A DNA stretch of 57,090 nt, the filler included, from Candidatus Tectimicrobiota bacterium (GTDB lineage Bacteria; JACPUC01), in NCBI GenBank assembly GCA_016192455.1. It is 5 parts of 5 records of this genome, joined end to end, with 100 filler letters (N's around TTAATTAATTAA, not from the genome) between each part and the next. Parts side by side here need not be neighbours in the genome. Positions count along the whole stretch, not along the records: positions 27,007 to 47,613 come from JACPUC010000024.1; 4 more parts are not named here. One strand, written 5' to 3'. The notes under the pieces are model-generated. The model worked only from the letters and a program-made list of their open reading frames with translations. It was not told the DNA's origin and ran no database searches. Below, piece by piece: positions 32,589 through 43,135 of this stretch. Position 1 is the first letter of the stretch; every line of letters starts with the position of its first letter. The translations under genes and the position numbers were made by a program.

Positions 32589-34537
32589 TAACGGCCCCCC
32601 TCGGGAGAGACGGAAAGGAGCGCCGCGGGGATGCTGCCGGCGCCCGGAGGTTGCTCGCCGCGCGGCGAGCTCTCGCTCGCCCCGTTCGCGGCCCAGTCAT
32701 CGGGCGGCGGCGCGCTTCCAGGTGGCCGCGTGCCGAAGTCGCCATGCTCGATCTCGGCATGGCAGGCGAGGCACGCCACCTTCGGCCTGGTGAAGTCGGT
32801 GTTCTGGCTGACATGCCGGTCATGCAGGAACTGCACCTCGCCCAACTTGGTGAGGTCCTCGTGACAGTCCAGACAGCGAGCCCGCGCCACCTGTCCGTCC
32901 CCGCGCACGGTCAGGCGCTGGGTGAGCTCGCGCTCGCTCAGGGTGCGGTGGCAGCTCGTACACTTGCCAACCGCCGTCTCCTGCTGCGGCCTCCGGTTCA
33001 TGAAGTGACAGAGGTAGCAGTTTCGGAAATCCGTGGCAAAGTGTTCGCCGCGCACGTCGCGCGAGTGGCAGGTGTTGCACTGCAAGCGAATGCCGCGCGC
33101 GGGCTGGGCCAGCATGGTCTGGTGATTGAAGTTGAGCGTGTTGGTGCGGAAGGTGATGGCGCGGTAGAGCTTCTCCGTGCCGTGGCACCCCCCCTGCTGG
33201 CAGGAACGGCTGTCGACGTTGCCGTGGGACTTGGTCGGATAGAAGCCGGTGACCTGCTTCGCCGCCATCAGCAGGCCCGCCGTGCGCCCCTTCACGAAGG
33301 AGCTCAGGTCGGGCGGGTAGTGGCAGTCGACGCAGCCGACGTTCCGGTGCTTCGAGGTCTTCCAGGTGTCGTACTGCGTCTGCATCGTGTGGCACGAGCC
33401 GCAGAACGACGGGCTCTCCGTCACCTGGTTGACGTAGGAGAAGGCCATGCCCACGATGCCCAACATCAAGGGGAGGAAGAGGAGGAGGACGCGCTGCCAG
33501 TGCAGGCTGAGGCTGCGCGCCAGCGACCAGCTCCAGCGGAACGTCCGCCTCAGGAGCGGGTAACAGAAGATGACGCCGGCCAACAGGAGGCCGTAAAGGA
33601 AGGAGTTGACCAAGGTGCCGTAGAAGCGGTCTTCGGTGACGCGGATGAAGTGGGAGGCCAGGATGCCGAGGGCAAGGACGACGAGGTAGAGGGACTCCTC
33701 GGTGCGCCGCCGCCAGAAGACCGCCGCATTCACCAGGGCGCCGAGGAGGACGACCGGCAGGACGGCGCCAGGGGTGCCGCTCACGTAGGCCACGAGACCG
33801 CAGGCGAGGACCAGCGCCACCGCGGCGGTGAAGCAGACCGTCGCCAGGGCCTGCCGACCGCGCCAGTCGAGGGCGACGGCGGCCCCTGCGAGGGGGAGGG
33901 CGGCGAACGCGACCAGGAGCACCGGCGGCAGCCCCGCGCTGAGCAGCGGCGCCGCATAGCGCCAGCTCAGAGTGGCGCTCAGCAGCACGCCGAGAAGATG
34001 CCAACGGTTCCCCTGCCGTCGCCAGACGATGAGATAGAGCCCCGCGAGGAGCAGGAAGCCGAGGCCGCTGATCGCCAGCGCGGCGCCGGAAGCAACGATC
34101 CCCGCCTCTGCCGGCGGAGGCGCCGCGCCGGGGGCGCCCGCCGCCGCCGCGAAGACCCCCCCCGGCACCTCGGCAAGGGTCAGGAGGCTGGCCGCCGCGG
34201 CGGTGATGGAGGCCGCCGCAAAGCCGGCGCGCGACACCGCGGCGTTGCCGCGCAGCCCAACAGCCTGCCAGGCCGCGAGGAGCGGTAGCATGCCGAGGGC
34301 CTGCCAGGGTGCCGGCAGCGCCTGGCGCAGCGCCAGCACGTACGCCGCCGAGGTGAAGAGGAGCGCCGGGTAGAGGTAGCCCGCGGAGCGGCTGGCGCGG
34401 TAGGCTGCGACGTACGCCGCCGCCGCCACCACCGCGAGAAGGATGCCCCCCGCCAGCAGGCGCTCGTAGACCGCCCACGCCACCAGCGCCGCCGTCAAGC
34501 CGTAACTCAGCGTCTGGTAGGTGGCGCGCAGATTCAC
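32588..34537 (-). CDS. Polytopic membrane protein fused to a NapC/NirT-like multiheme cytochrome c (7 CxxCH + 1 Cx4CH)
   Basis: About 370 hydrophobic residues, then FCGSCH..M, CVDCH, CQQGGCH, CNTCH, CYLCH, CTSCH, CLDCH, CLACH. Confidence 0.9.
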
Positions 34538-36480
34538 GGCCTGCCTCCCTGCGGAGCAACCTGCGGGGCGGCTGTCGACGGCGCCGCCGGCAGGGCCAGG
34601 GCGCCGAGCAGGAACGCGACCGCCCAGAGCATCAGCGCGGCGAGGTTCCAGGGCATCAGGAACAGCACCTCATAGAGCGACAGGCCGGCGGCGGTCAGCA
34701 CGGCAACGGTGAGGAGGGCCTGCCAGGGGCTGCCGCGGCGCCGCAGGCGCACCTCCTGGAGGAGCGCCAGGAGACCCAGGAGAGCGAACAGCATCCCACG
34801 GGAGACGGGGTGCAGGGCCAAGGCCGCGCCGAGGGCCGCGAGCAGGTAGGCGGCAAGCACGATCACGAAGTAGGAGAGGTCGAGAACCGGGCGTCCCCGC
34901 GCGCGCAGCACCAAGATCGAGTAGAGCGCTCCAAAGGCCAGGCTGTGCAGGGCTGCCCAGAAGAGCGAGATGCCCTCGAGAATGCCCGCGGCGATGAAGA
35001 GGGCAGCCACGAAAGCGTGGCTGGCCTCGTAGCAGGAGCGCGACAGCTCCTCGCTGCTGAAGCGCGCCCCGCAGCCGAGGAGGACGCCCAGCAGCGGCAG
35101 GCCGAGGAACAGCTTGACGTGGAAGGCATGGCTCGGCGCCGCCAGGAGGAGTGCGCTCAGCGTCGCCCAGGTGTAGAACGCCGCCGCAACGAAGAGGTAC
35201 TGGCTGCGCCCGCGCAGGGCGGTGGGCAAGCGCCACATCGCCAGGCGGCCGTACACGAGCGCGAGGAGGAGGGAGCCCACCCAGCCGAGGGTGGAGCTGC
35301 GCAGGGCGCTGGCGAGGAGGAGGAACGCCGCCAGCGCCGCTGCGAGGTGGCCCGCAATGAGGAGCCACCAGACCGCCGCGCCGGCCCCCGCCACGCTGCC
35401 GCGCCGCGCGTGGAGAGTGCCGGCCAGGGGGAAGTACGCTGCCGTGAGGAGGATGCAGGTGAGGAGCAGGAGTGACGGCCGGCCGAGCGCGGCAAGGAGG
35501 GCCACCGCCGCCAGGAGGAGGCTTGCCGCGTAGCGGGCGCCGGCGGCGCGCGCGCCGGCGCGGGCGTGTTCACCCACCGCCAGCCAGGCCCACAGCACGC
35601 CGCCCCCGGCAAGGAGGAGGGGGCGCAGCTCCGCCGCCGCCCGCGGCAGCAGCCAGAGGCCCAGGGCGTAGCCGAGCGAGCCCAGCCCCACGGCGAGGTA
35701 GCGGTGCGGCAACCACGCCGCGCCGGCCGCCGTGGCGCCCTTCAGGAAGCGCCACTCGAAGAACGCCGCGGCGCCGAGGAGCGGCGCCACCACGGTGAAG
35801 ATCGGATGGCCGTCGCTGCGCCAGGTCGCGCTCCATAGCGACCACATCCCCCAGACCGCGAAGAGGAGCGCAACGACCGCGCCGACGCGCAAGAGCATGC
35901 GGCGAGGATCGAAGCGCCGCGCCGCATCGGCCTCTCCCCGGCGGCCGCACCACCAGCCGAGAAGACCCAGGAGGCCCACCGGGGCGAGGGCCGCCGTGGG
36001 GAGCATCCAGCTTACGGCGCCCACCGCCAGCACGGCGAGGAGGTACCCCACCACCGCCAGCCCCAGACCGCCGTAGAAGAGGCTGCGGCGCTGTCCCACG
36101 AGGCCCAGGACGAGGCAGAGGGCGGCGAACAGCCCGAGCACCGCGGCCGAGTCCGCGGCGTGCTTCAGGAGGTAGGCGCTGCTGCCGAAGACGAGCGCGC
36201 CGCTGAAGAGCAATGAAACGGCGACCGCCACGCCGGTGAGGCGCGTCTCCAGGTCGGCCTGGCTCAGGTACCATTTCACGTAGAGGAAGGGGAAGAGGAC
36301 GGCGTAGGTGAAGGAGGGCCAGCTCAGGGCAAGGCGCAGGATCGATCCGATCTCGTTCGGCGAGACGTAGAGCTGCGACGGCATCTCCAGGGTGGTGCCG
36401 TGCATGACCAGCTCATCCTCCTCGCGGGCAATTGACTCAATCTGCACCTCGGTGCGCACGAAGCTTGAGATGAGCTCCAT
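34534..36480 (-). CDS. Large polytopic membrane protein of unknown function (first gene of the operon)
   Basis: GGAG RBS; short soluble N-terminus, then many Ala/Leu-rich TM helices; GTGA overlap with the next gene. Confidence 0.85.
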   Translation of the reverse strand: MELISSFVRTEVQIESIAREEDELVMHGTTLEMPSQLYVSPNEIGSILRLALSWPSFTYAVLFPFLYVKWYLSQADLETRLTGVAVAVSLLFSGALVFGSSAYLLKHAADSAAVLGLFAALCLVLGLVGQRRSLFYGGLGLAVVGYLLAVLAVGAVSWMLPTAALAPVGLLGLLGWWCGRRGEADAARRFDPRRMLLRVGAVVALLFAVWGMWSLWSATWRSDGHPIFTVVAPLLGAAAFFEWRFLKGATAAGAAWLPHRYLAVGLGSLGYALGLWLLPRAAAELRPLLLAGGGVLWAWLAVGEHARAGARAAGARYAASLLLAAVALLAALGRPSLLLLTCILLTAAYFPLAGTLHARRGSVAGAGAAVWWLLIAGHLAAALAAFLLLASALRSSTLGWVGSLLLALVYGRLAMWRLPTALRGRSQYLFVAAAFYTWATLSALLLAAPSHAFHVKLFLGLPLLGVLLGCGARFSSEELSRSCYEASHAFVAALFIAAGILEGISLFWAALHSLAFGALYSILVLRARGRPVLDLSYFVIVLAAYLLAALGAALALHPVSRGMLFALLGLLALLQEVRLRRRGSPWQALLTVAVLTAAGLSLYEVLFLMPWNLAALMLWAVAFLLGALALPAAPSTAAPQVAPQGGRP

Positions 36481-36621
36481 GGCTCCCCCTCAATCCTCAC
36501 GCCCGTCACCCCCAGGCGAAGGACGCGCCAGGCAGCAAGCGCCGCAGCGTTGAGCCCTTGGTACCAATAATATACAGGCCTTTCCGGGGTCTACCAGAGG
36601 GCCGCGAAAAAAATTCACAGA

Positions 36622-36647
36622 TTGATCATCAAGTAGTTGATCATCAA
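36622..36647. promoter_or_regulatory. Tandem palindromic operator, TTGATCATCAA x2
   Basis: TTGATCATCAA-GTAG-TTGATCATCAA in an AT-rich patch ~140 bp upstream of the respiratory operon. Confidence 0.65.
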
Positions 36648-36925
36648 AGCATTGCCAGTACGCCGACGGTGACACGGCCGCCGTTTCAGCGCCCCGGCAA
36701 CCCTGGGGCGCAGCCGCGTCGCTGGTGGGATGTGAAGCTTCCGCCTATACTGAGGCTCGTCCCCCGGGCTTTCATGGGGGCCCGGGAGGGGGGTGGAGGT
36801 CTTCCGACTACCGCGTTTGCCTGGAGCATGCCGATCGTCCGCCTGGGCCGGCGAGGGCGGTCGTTGCGCCGGCTCCAACGCAGCCGCCTGGCGGCGCGAG
36901 CCTGCCCAGCCGAGACTGGTCACGC

Positions 36926-37576
36926 ATGACGCTGGAAGTGTTCAGCATCGCGTTGGCGGCGCTTGGGCTTCTGGCCCTGGGGGGCGCGCTGCGGCAGTTG
37001 TGGCGGCGTCGGTTGCTTGCCGGCTCCGCGCAGGGATCGGCAGGCATCCTCCTCCTCGCCGTAGCCACCCTCTCCTGGGCGCTGCTGGCGAATCTTCACA
37101 CCTACCGTCGGCTCACCCACGAGCAGCTCGCGGCTGATCTCAGCTTCACGGCCCTTGGTCCACAATTCTATCAGGCTCGCTTGACCGATGCCGCGGGTTT
37201 CGCAACGTTCTTCGAGCTGCACGGCGATGAGTGGCAGCTTGACGCGCGCATCCTGAAATGGCGGGGTCTGGTGAACCTCGTCGGCATCCACACCCTGTAC
37301 CGCTTGGAGCGTCTCAGCGGCCGGTACCGCGATGCCGCCCAGGCAGCCGCCACCCTGCCCAGTGTCCAGCCCCTGGCGCGTCATGCCGGCCTGGATGCGT
37401 GGAGGCTGGCGCAACGATTTTCCGGCTGGCTGCCGTGGGTTGATGCCGACTATGGCAGCGCCACCTACATGCCAATGGCCGACGGCGCGCGATACGCTGT
37501 GCTGGTGAGCACCTCGGGCCTCATCGCCCGGCCGAGGGACGCGGCAACGCGAAAAGTTGTGGAAGGCTGGCGCTGA
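36926..37576 (+). CDS. Conserved membrane-anchored protein (often loosely annotated cation/multidrug efflux pump)
   Basis: Two N-terminal TMs; GDEWQLDARILKW, YRLERLSGRY, VDADYGSATY, SGLIARP. Confidence 0.8.
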   Translation: MTLEVFSIALAALGLLALGGALRQLWRRRLLAGSAQGSAGILLLAVATLSWALLANLHTYRRLTHEQLAADLSFTALGPQFYQARLTDAAGFATFFELHGDEWQLDARILKWRGLVNLVGIHTLYRLERLSGRYRDAAQAAATLPSVQPLARHAGLDAWRLAQRFSGWLPWVDADYGSATYMPMADGARYAVLVSTSGLIARPRDAATRKVVEGWR

Positions 37577-37664
37577 GAGGCAGGGATCGCACGGGCTGCG
37601 AGACCTCGGGCGCAGAGGCCGCCGCGCGTCCGGGCGACGGCGGGGGACGGAGCCAGGCGCCCTG

Positions 37665-38117
37665 TTAGATGCAGGAGAGCGGCACCGACGGCGTGCACTC
37701 GAACTTCGCGGCGACGCTGCTCGGCTCCGGCTTCTTCACGGGGCACTTGATGTCAGACCTCAGCACCAGCCCCTCCTCGCCGCGATGTCTGCCGCTCAAC
37801 ACCTGCACGAACGTGAGGCCGGAGTAATCGTAGCGGCTTTCCTTGACAACGACATTCTCCATGATGGAGAGAGTAAAGCGGGTGCAGCATTTCAATGCTT
37901 CCCGCAAAAGTTTCGCCGACTCCTTGTGGTCGCCGGTGTCCTTCGCCCCGATGGCGGAGGAGAAGAGGGCGACAAACCTTTCCGCCTTTTTCGGCTCGAT
38001 GACGGGGATCGAGACCTGCTCCACCGTGCACGCCTGGGCGCGCGCCTCGGAGGCGGCGAAAGGAGCGAGCAGCAGGGAGAAGAGCAGGAGAAGCAGAAAG
38101 CGTGTGGTACTGGTCAT
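37665..38117 (-). CDS. Secreted Cys-containing hypothetical protein
   Basis: Signal peptide ending ARAQA; six Cys in the mature part. Confidence 0.7.
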   Translation of the reverse strand: MTSTTRFLLLLLFSLLLAPFAASEARAQACTVEQVSIPVIEPKKAERFVALFSSAIGAKDTGDHKESAKLLREALKCCTRFTLSIMENVVVKESRYDYSGLTFVQVLSGRHRGEEGLVLRSDIKCPVKKPEPSSVAAKFECTPSVPLSCI

Positions 38118-38318
38118 CTAACGAGTCCCCCGTGCGAGGTTCAGGAACCAGACACGCGGCAGGCCTTGCCATAACCCGCCAGCGCAGGAACCCCTTCTTC
38201 CTTTGTATCGGATGGTAGGGACTCGTCATTAAGGGTCAGGTGGAAATAGTCCTTACGGAGAGGTGAGAGATCGGGCACGCTTCCTCAACCTTGGCGGCGC
38301 TCTCCCGGCGACGACGCC

Positions 38319-38370
38319 AAAAAAACCCCCTCCGCGCCGATGGCTTTACGGGCCATCACGACGGAGGGGG
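38319..38370 (-). terminator. Intrinsic terminator after the selenoprotein gene
   Basis: CCCCCTCCG/CGGAGGGGG stem (inner GATGGC/GCCATC) followed on the minus strand by T7. Confidence 0.7.
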
Positions 38371-38413
38371 CCTTCTTCCAGCTCCAACCATCACTCCCAG
38401 GCGGCGTCGCGGC

Positions 38414-38902
38414 CTAGCCGTAAACGCGGTCGATCTCCGCTTGAATCTGGCGGGGGGCGGAACCTTTCTTCGTCATCTGGTACGCTAACTGCGCCTCACC
38501 AATGCAAGTCCCTCAGCCGGCGCCGTGGCGCGTGGCGAAGCAGGTCAGCAAGCTCTTGTGCCCGAAGTTCTCCTTGCAGCGGCAGTAACAGTAGAGCTGG
38601 TCGAGCACCTGCGGGATTTCCGCGGCGCGCTGGTAGGCCACCGCCGCCGCGCCGCTGAACAGGCCGGCGCTGAGCACCGGCTGCGTCTCGCGCAACTTGT
38701 AGGGTTCGGCGGGTCCCGCCGTTTGCGGCGCCAGGGCCACGGACGGACGGTTCCGCCGCACCAAGGCGGTTGCCCCCAACCCAAGGGCCACCACGGCGCC
38801 GAAGGCGATCCCCAGCCAGCGCCGCCGACTCACCGCCGGCTGAGGCGGCGCAACGTCCTTTTTCTTCTCCCCTGTTCCTTGCCTCCTGCGCGACTTGCCC
38901 AT
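38414..38902 (-). CDS. PCYCGC/CYCXC-family selenoprotein (UxxC), 162 aa
   Basis: AAGGAGG RBS; TM anchor; LYCYCRC...GHKSLLTCF...HGAG-[TGA 38513-15]-GTCIGEAQLAYQMTKKGSAPRQIQAEIDRVYG-TAG. The read-through part is the family's conserved C-terminus. Confidence 0.88.
38474..38505 (-). promoter_or_regulatory. Bacterial SECIS-like hairpin
   Basis: Just 3' of the UGA: CATTGGT-GAGG-CGC-AGTTA-GCG-T-ACCA-G-ATG, with G in the apical loop. Confidence 0.65.
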
Positions 38903-39232
38903 GGAACCTCCTTCGGCCAGATGTGCGTCGCGAACTCTCACCCTGGAATCGCTCTCAATCATCAGCAAGGATCATACCGACACGAGCGCGCCTCGCCAAG
39001 GGTGCTTGGGGGCGCGAAGCAGGCGCGGCAGGGAGAGGAAGAGTGGGCTGGGAACGGGACGAATTGACACATCGATGGGCCATTCCTGCTCACACGCGCC
39101 GGGGGAGGATGACGGCCGCGGTGGGTCTCCCAGCCGGGAAACTCGGCGGGATCGGCCACGCCGTGGCTTCCGCGCAACGTCGTGGCGGCGAGAGAGACCG
39201 TCGCCGCAAAGGCACCACGAACGGCGCCGGCG

Positions 39233-40273
39233 TCAGCTCAGGGGATTCCGCAGCCACCGCACGCGGTTGCCGAGAGCCCGCAGCCCCTCCCCCGGCGCTT
39301 CGAGGTCCGCGGCCCGCAGGTCGGCATCGACCATGAGGCGCACAAGCTGCGGGAAGGTGACGGTCGCCTCCCAGCCGAGGAACCGCCGCGCCTGTGTCGA
39401 GTCCGCCCGCAGGTGCTCCACCTCCGTGGGCCGGAAGTAGGAGGGGTCAACCCTCACGAACTGCCGCCAATCAAGATTCGCGTAGCCGAAGGCTTCTTCC
39501 ACGAAGTCGCGCACCGAGTGGGTTTCACCTGTCCCGAAGACGAGGTCCTGCGGCTCACCCTGCTGGAGTAACCGCCACATGCCTTCGACGTACTCCGGGG
39601 CGTATCCCCAGTCGCGGCGCGCCTCCAGGTTGCCCAGGACGAGCTGCGTCGCTTCGCCTTTCAGAATCTTGGCAACGCCGCGGCTGATCTTTCGGGTGAC
39701 GAAGGTCTCCCCCCGCCGCGGCGACTCGTGGTTATACATGATGCCGTTGCAGACGAACAAGCCGTGCGCCTCACGGTAGTTGCGCACCATCCAGTAGGAG
39801 TACAGCTTCGCCGCGGCGTAGGGACTGCGGGGCCAGAAGGGGGTGGCCTCGTTCTGCGGCGCCGGCGCGCTGCCGAACATCTCGCTGCTCGAGGCCTGGT
39901 AGAAGCGGCAGCGCACGCCGCTCCTCCTGACGGCTTCCAGCAGGCGCACCGTGCCCAGGCCGGTGATGTCGCCCGTGTAGGCGGGGAGGTCGAAACTCAC
40001 CCGGACGTGGCTCTGGGCTCCGAGATGGTACACCTCATCGGGCTGCACCTCGGCGAGGAGGGCGCCGAGGCGAGCGGCATCCGCGAGATCGCCGCAGTGC
40101 AGGGTGAGGCGGCCACCGCCTGCATCCTGCAGAAGATGGTCAAGGCGCTGCGTCGGGGAGGTGCTGCACCAGCGGATGAGGCCGTGTACCTCGTAGCCCT
40201 GCCCCAGGAGGAACTCCGCCAGGTACGACCCATCCTGCCCGGTAATGCCGGTGATGAAGGCGATCGTCGGCAT
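39233..40273 (-). CDS. gmd: GDP-mannose 4,6-dehydratase
   Basis: [54 protein letters not shown]. Confidence 0.97.
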   Translation of the reverse strand: MPTIAFITGITGQDGSYLAEFLLGQGYEVHGLIRWCSTSPTQRLDHLLQDAGGGRLTLHCGDLADAARLGALLAEVQPDEVYHLGAQSHVRVSFDLPAYTGDITGLGTVRLLEAVRRSGVRCRFYQASSSEMFGSAPAPQNEATPFWPRSPYAAAKLYSYWMVRNYREAHGLFVCNGIMYNHESPRRGETFVTRKISRGVAKILKGEATQLVLGNLEARRDWGYAPEYVEGMWRLLQQGEPQDLVFGTGETHSVRDFVEEAFGYANLDWRQFVRVDPSYFRPTEVEHLRADSTQARRFLGWEATVTFPQLVRLMVDADLRAADLEAPGEGLRALGNRVRWLRNPLS

Positions 40274-40359
40274 GCTGGGAGAGACCTCCGGCCTCTCTCC
40301 GCTCGGCTACCGGCAAGCAGGCCCTCGGCGGAACGCACGCCACCGGCGCCGCGCTCCGC

Positions 40360-41334
40360 CTAGCGCCCGAGACGCCGGCGCTCGTAGGCGATGATCTGCT
40401 CGATCATCTCCGGGAGCTCGAAGGAGGGCTTGTAGCCGATGAGGCGCTGCAGCTTCGACAGGTCGGGCAGCCGCCGGCCAATGTCCTCGAAGCCGACCTC
40501 ATAGGCCTCGCTGTAAGGGATGAAGACGATCTCCGAGCTGCTGCCGGCGAGGTCGCGCACCAGGACCGCAAGCTCGTGGATGGAGACCTCCTGGTGGTGG
40601 CCGACATTGAACACCTCGCCAAAGGCGTTCGGTTGCTGCATGAGGGCGAGGAGAGCCTCCACCACATCTCCCACCCAGGTGAAGGAGCGCCGCTGGCTGC
40701 CATCGCCGTAGACGGTGAGGGGTTCGCCGAGGAGGGCTTGACGCACCAGGCGCGGCGCCACCATGCCGTACTGCCCCGTCTGCCGGGGACCGATGGTGTT
40801 GAAGAGGCGCACCACAATGGTCGGCAACCCCTTCTCTTTGAAGTAGGCCTGGGCAAGGAACTCATCAATGATCTTCGAGGCGGCATAGCACCAGCGCGCC
40901 TTCGAGGTGGGGCCGAGGAGCAGGTCGTCCTGCTCGGAGAAGGTCGGCTTGTCCAGCTTGCCGAAGACCTCGGAGGTGGAGGCGAGCAGCACCGGCTTGC
41001 GTTTCTTGGCGCACAGCTCCAGGACGAGCTCGGTGGCCTTGATGTTCGTCTCGATGGTGCGCACCGGCTCCTCGACGATGAGGCGCACGCCGACCGCCGC
41101 GGCCAGGTGGTAGACCTCGTCGGCGCGATCCACCAGCTCCATCATGAGGCGGCGGTTCATCACCGTGTCGAGCACGTAGGTGAAGTTCGGGTGCCCCTTG
41201 AGGTGCTCGACGTTGGTGATGCTGCCGGTCGACAGGTCGTCGATGATCTGCACCGCCGCTCCGCGTTGCAGCAGAACCTCCGCCAGGTGCGAGCCGATGA
41301 ACCCGGCGCCTCCGGTAATTAGTGCATTCGTCAT
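40360..41334 (-). CDS. NAD-dependent nucleotide-sugar epimerase/dehydratase
   Basis: ITGGAGFIGSHL, HLAAAVGV, ASTSEVFGK, YAASK, RLFNTIGPRQ. Confidence 0.95.
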   Translation of the reverse strand: MTNALITGGAGFIGSHLAEVLLQRGAAVQIIDDLSTGSITNVEHLKGHPNFTYVLDTVMNRRLMMELVDRADEVYHLAAAVGVRLIVEEPVRTIETNIKATELVLELCAKKRKPVLLASTSEVFGKLDKPTFSEQDDLLLGPTSKARWCYAASKIIDEFLAQAYFKEKGLPTIVVRLFNTIGPRQTGQYGMVAPRLVRQALLGEPLTVYGDGSQRRSFTWVGDVVEALLALMQQPNAFGEVFNVGHHQEVSIHELAVLVRDLAGSSSEIVFIPYSEAYEVGFEDIGRRLPDLSKLQRLIGYKPSFELPEMIEQIIAYERRRLGR

Positions 41335-41677
41335 GAGCTTGTTCCCATCCTCTGGAAAAAACATCTCACCAAGAGCCGTCGCGGCGGCGGTTCAGGTCGG
41401 TCACGGGGCGGACAAGGGAGTGTGCGGGCCGCCGAGACACGCTCGCGCCGCAGCGCGACAGGGCCGGCCCGCGCCCTCACTGGCGCAGGGGTCCCCTCGC
41501 TCACCTGCCGCCACCCACCATGGTTGTACCATCAATTGCGGCAAGGTGAAAGGGACGCCACCGGAGAGGCGGGACCTTGGGGGAGAGACCTTTTCTCGGC
41601 AACTTCGAGACCGAATCGGAATCGGCGGGGAGGTGGGCGCCAAGCGGCATCCTGACAAGATGGAACGGCAAGCATCG

Positions 41678-42394
41678 TCACCTGAGCGCGCGCTTCACCG
41701 CCTTCACCCAGCCGCTCATCGCGCCGCCGGGGCGGAGATCGCAGCTCAGATCAATGCCGGTCAGCTCGAAACCCGCCGCATCGAGCATCTGGTGCAGCTC
41801 CGTTATGGGAATCTCACGAACGTGCCAGGAGACTTCCTCCGAGCTTGGCGCAACCTTTTCGCCGAAGCTCTCGAAGACGTTCGTAAAGTAGAGCATGCAC
41901 CCAGGGCGAAGGACGCGGCAGAACTCCCGCAGGTAAGTCAGCACCAGGCGTCGGGGCAGGTGCTGGATGACCGCCTTGGCATAGACGAAGGTGTAGGACG
42001 CATCGGTGAGGTTGGCGAGGTCCTCGCCGTTGCTCAAGTGGAAGAAGCAGTTCGGCTGCTCGCGCAGGACGATGCCCTGCGCCATCTCCAGGGCGTCCGG
42101 CGAGATGTCCATGAGGTGGTACTCCGCCACGCGGTCATGGAGATGCCAGCCGATGAGACCGCAGTTGCCGCCGAAATCGAGGAAAATCGAGTTGCTGTCA
42201 AGCAAGGGGAGGATGGCGCGGACAGCCGGCGTGTAGGCTTTCAGTTTTGCCGGCAGCCACGCCAGCAGTTCGCGCGCCTCGGCGTCGGAGTTCTTGACGA
42301 TCGCTTGCCAGGCCGCGGCGTCGCGCGGACGCACCGTAAACCCGACGTGCTTGATGAACTCGCGCCATTTCGCCGCGTACGCCGCCTCAGCCAT
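41678..42394 (-). CDS. Class I SAM-dependent methyltransferase
   Basis: FLDFGGNCG, MDIS, VIQHL, RVLRPG. Confidence 0.85.
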   Translation of the reverse strand: MAEAAYAAKWREFIKHVGFTVRPRDAAAWQAIVKNSDAEARELLAWLPAKLKAYTPAVRAILPLLDSNSIFLDFGGNCGLIGWHLHDRVAEYHLMDISPDALEMAQGIVLREQPNCFFHLSNGEDLANLTDASYTFVYAKAVIQHLPRRLVLTYLREFCRVLRPGCMLYFTNVFESFGEKVAPSSEEVSWHVREIPITELHQMLDAAGFELTGIDLSCDLRPGGAMSGWVKAVKRALR

Positions 42395-42769
42395 CGTCTG
42401 CCTCCCTAGTGGATGTCCGCGCCTCGCCTGCCGCGAGCTCGGGCGCTTCCGAAATGGGCAAATCTCGTGCCACGCTCCGGACGCCACGCGCACCCCCGGT
42501 GAGCGGCCTGCCAAGCCGAGGGGAGCGCGCCTGCTTCCCGCACCCCTGGGGAAACAGCGTCAACGCAGGCGGAGCCGGCATTCCGGAGGCGTCAAGAAAC
42601 TACCAGGTTGGTGCGCTGGATCAGCAGGATCTCGCGTCAGCTTTGCAGACTCTTGGTGCGGAATGAAGAGAGACCATTTGGGGCAGTTCCCCATGGGCCT
42701 CCGGCCCGCCCGCAAGGTCATGAAAATAAGCGGACAGGTCTTTCTCAGAAGGCTTCCATGGCATCGACC

Positions 42770-42797
42770 GTAGGGGCGGTTCGCGAACCGCCCCTAC
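42770..42797. repeat. GTAG-type REP palindrome (perfect)
   Basis: GTAGGGGCGGTTCGCGAACCGCCCCTAC. Confidence 0.92.
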
Positions 42798-42812
42798 CAG
42801 CGGGATGTAAAG

Positions 42813-42872
42813 AACCACTGATGAACACGGATGGACACTGATATTTTTGTGAACCCGCGTCCATCTGTGGTT
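42813..42872. repeat. AACCAC...GTGGTT imperfect inverted repeat
   Basis: AACCACTGATGAACACGGATGGACAC...GTCCATCTGTGGTT. A related copy lies at 47410-47469. Confidence 0.7.
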
Positions 42873-43135
42873 CCTTCCCCTACCTTCTCCGCGTTCTCTG
42901 TGGTGCACTCAATTGAACCGCGGAGGCGCAGAGAGCGCGGAGGTGAAGGAGACCAGCCGCGCGACCGTCAGCCTCACCATCACGTGAAATCAGCCACTTC
43001 GACGCTTATTTTCGGGGCAGGAGTCGCGCGCGGGGATCGGCGCTCCCCCCAGGGGCGAACTTTCCACGAGGAGAAAAGGGGAGACGGGGTGTTTTTCCTC
43101 CGCGCAGGTTGTGGAGGAAGAATTGTTGCGGCGTG

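Noticed and set aside
36622-36647. Canonical FNR box
   Set aside because: The half-site spacing is 1 bp, not 4 bp. Kept only as an unknown operator.
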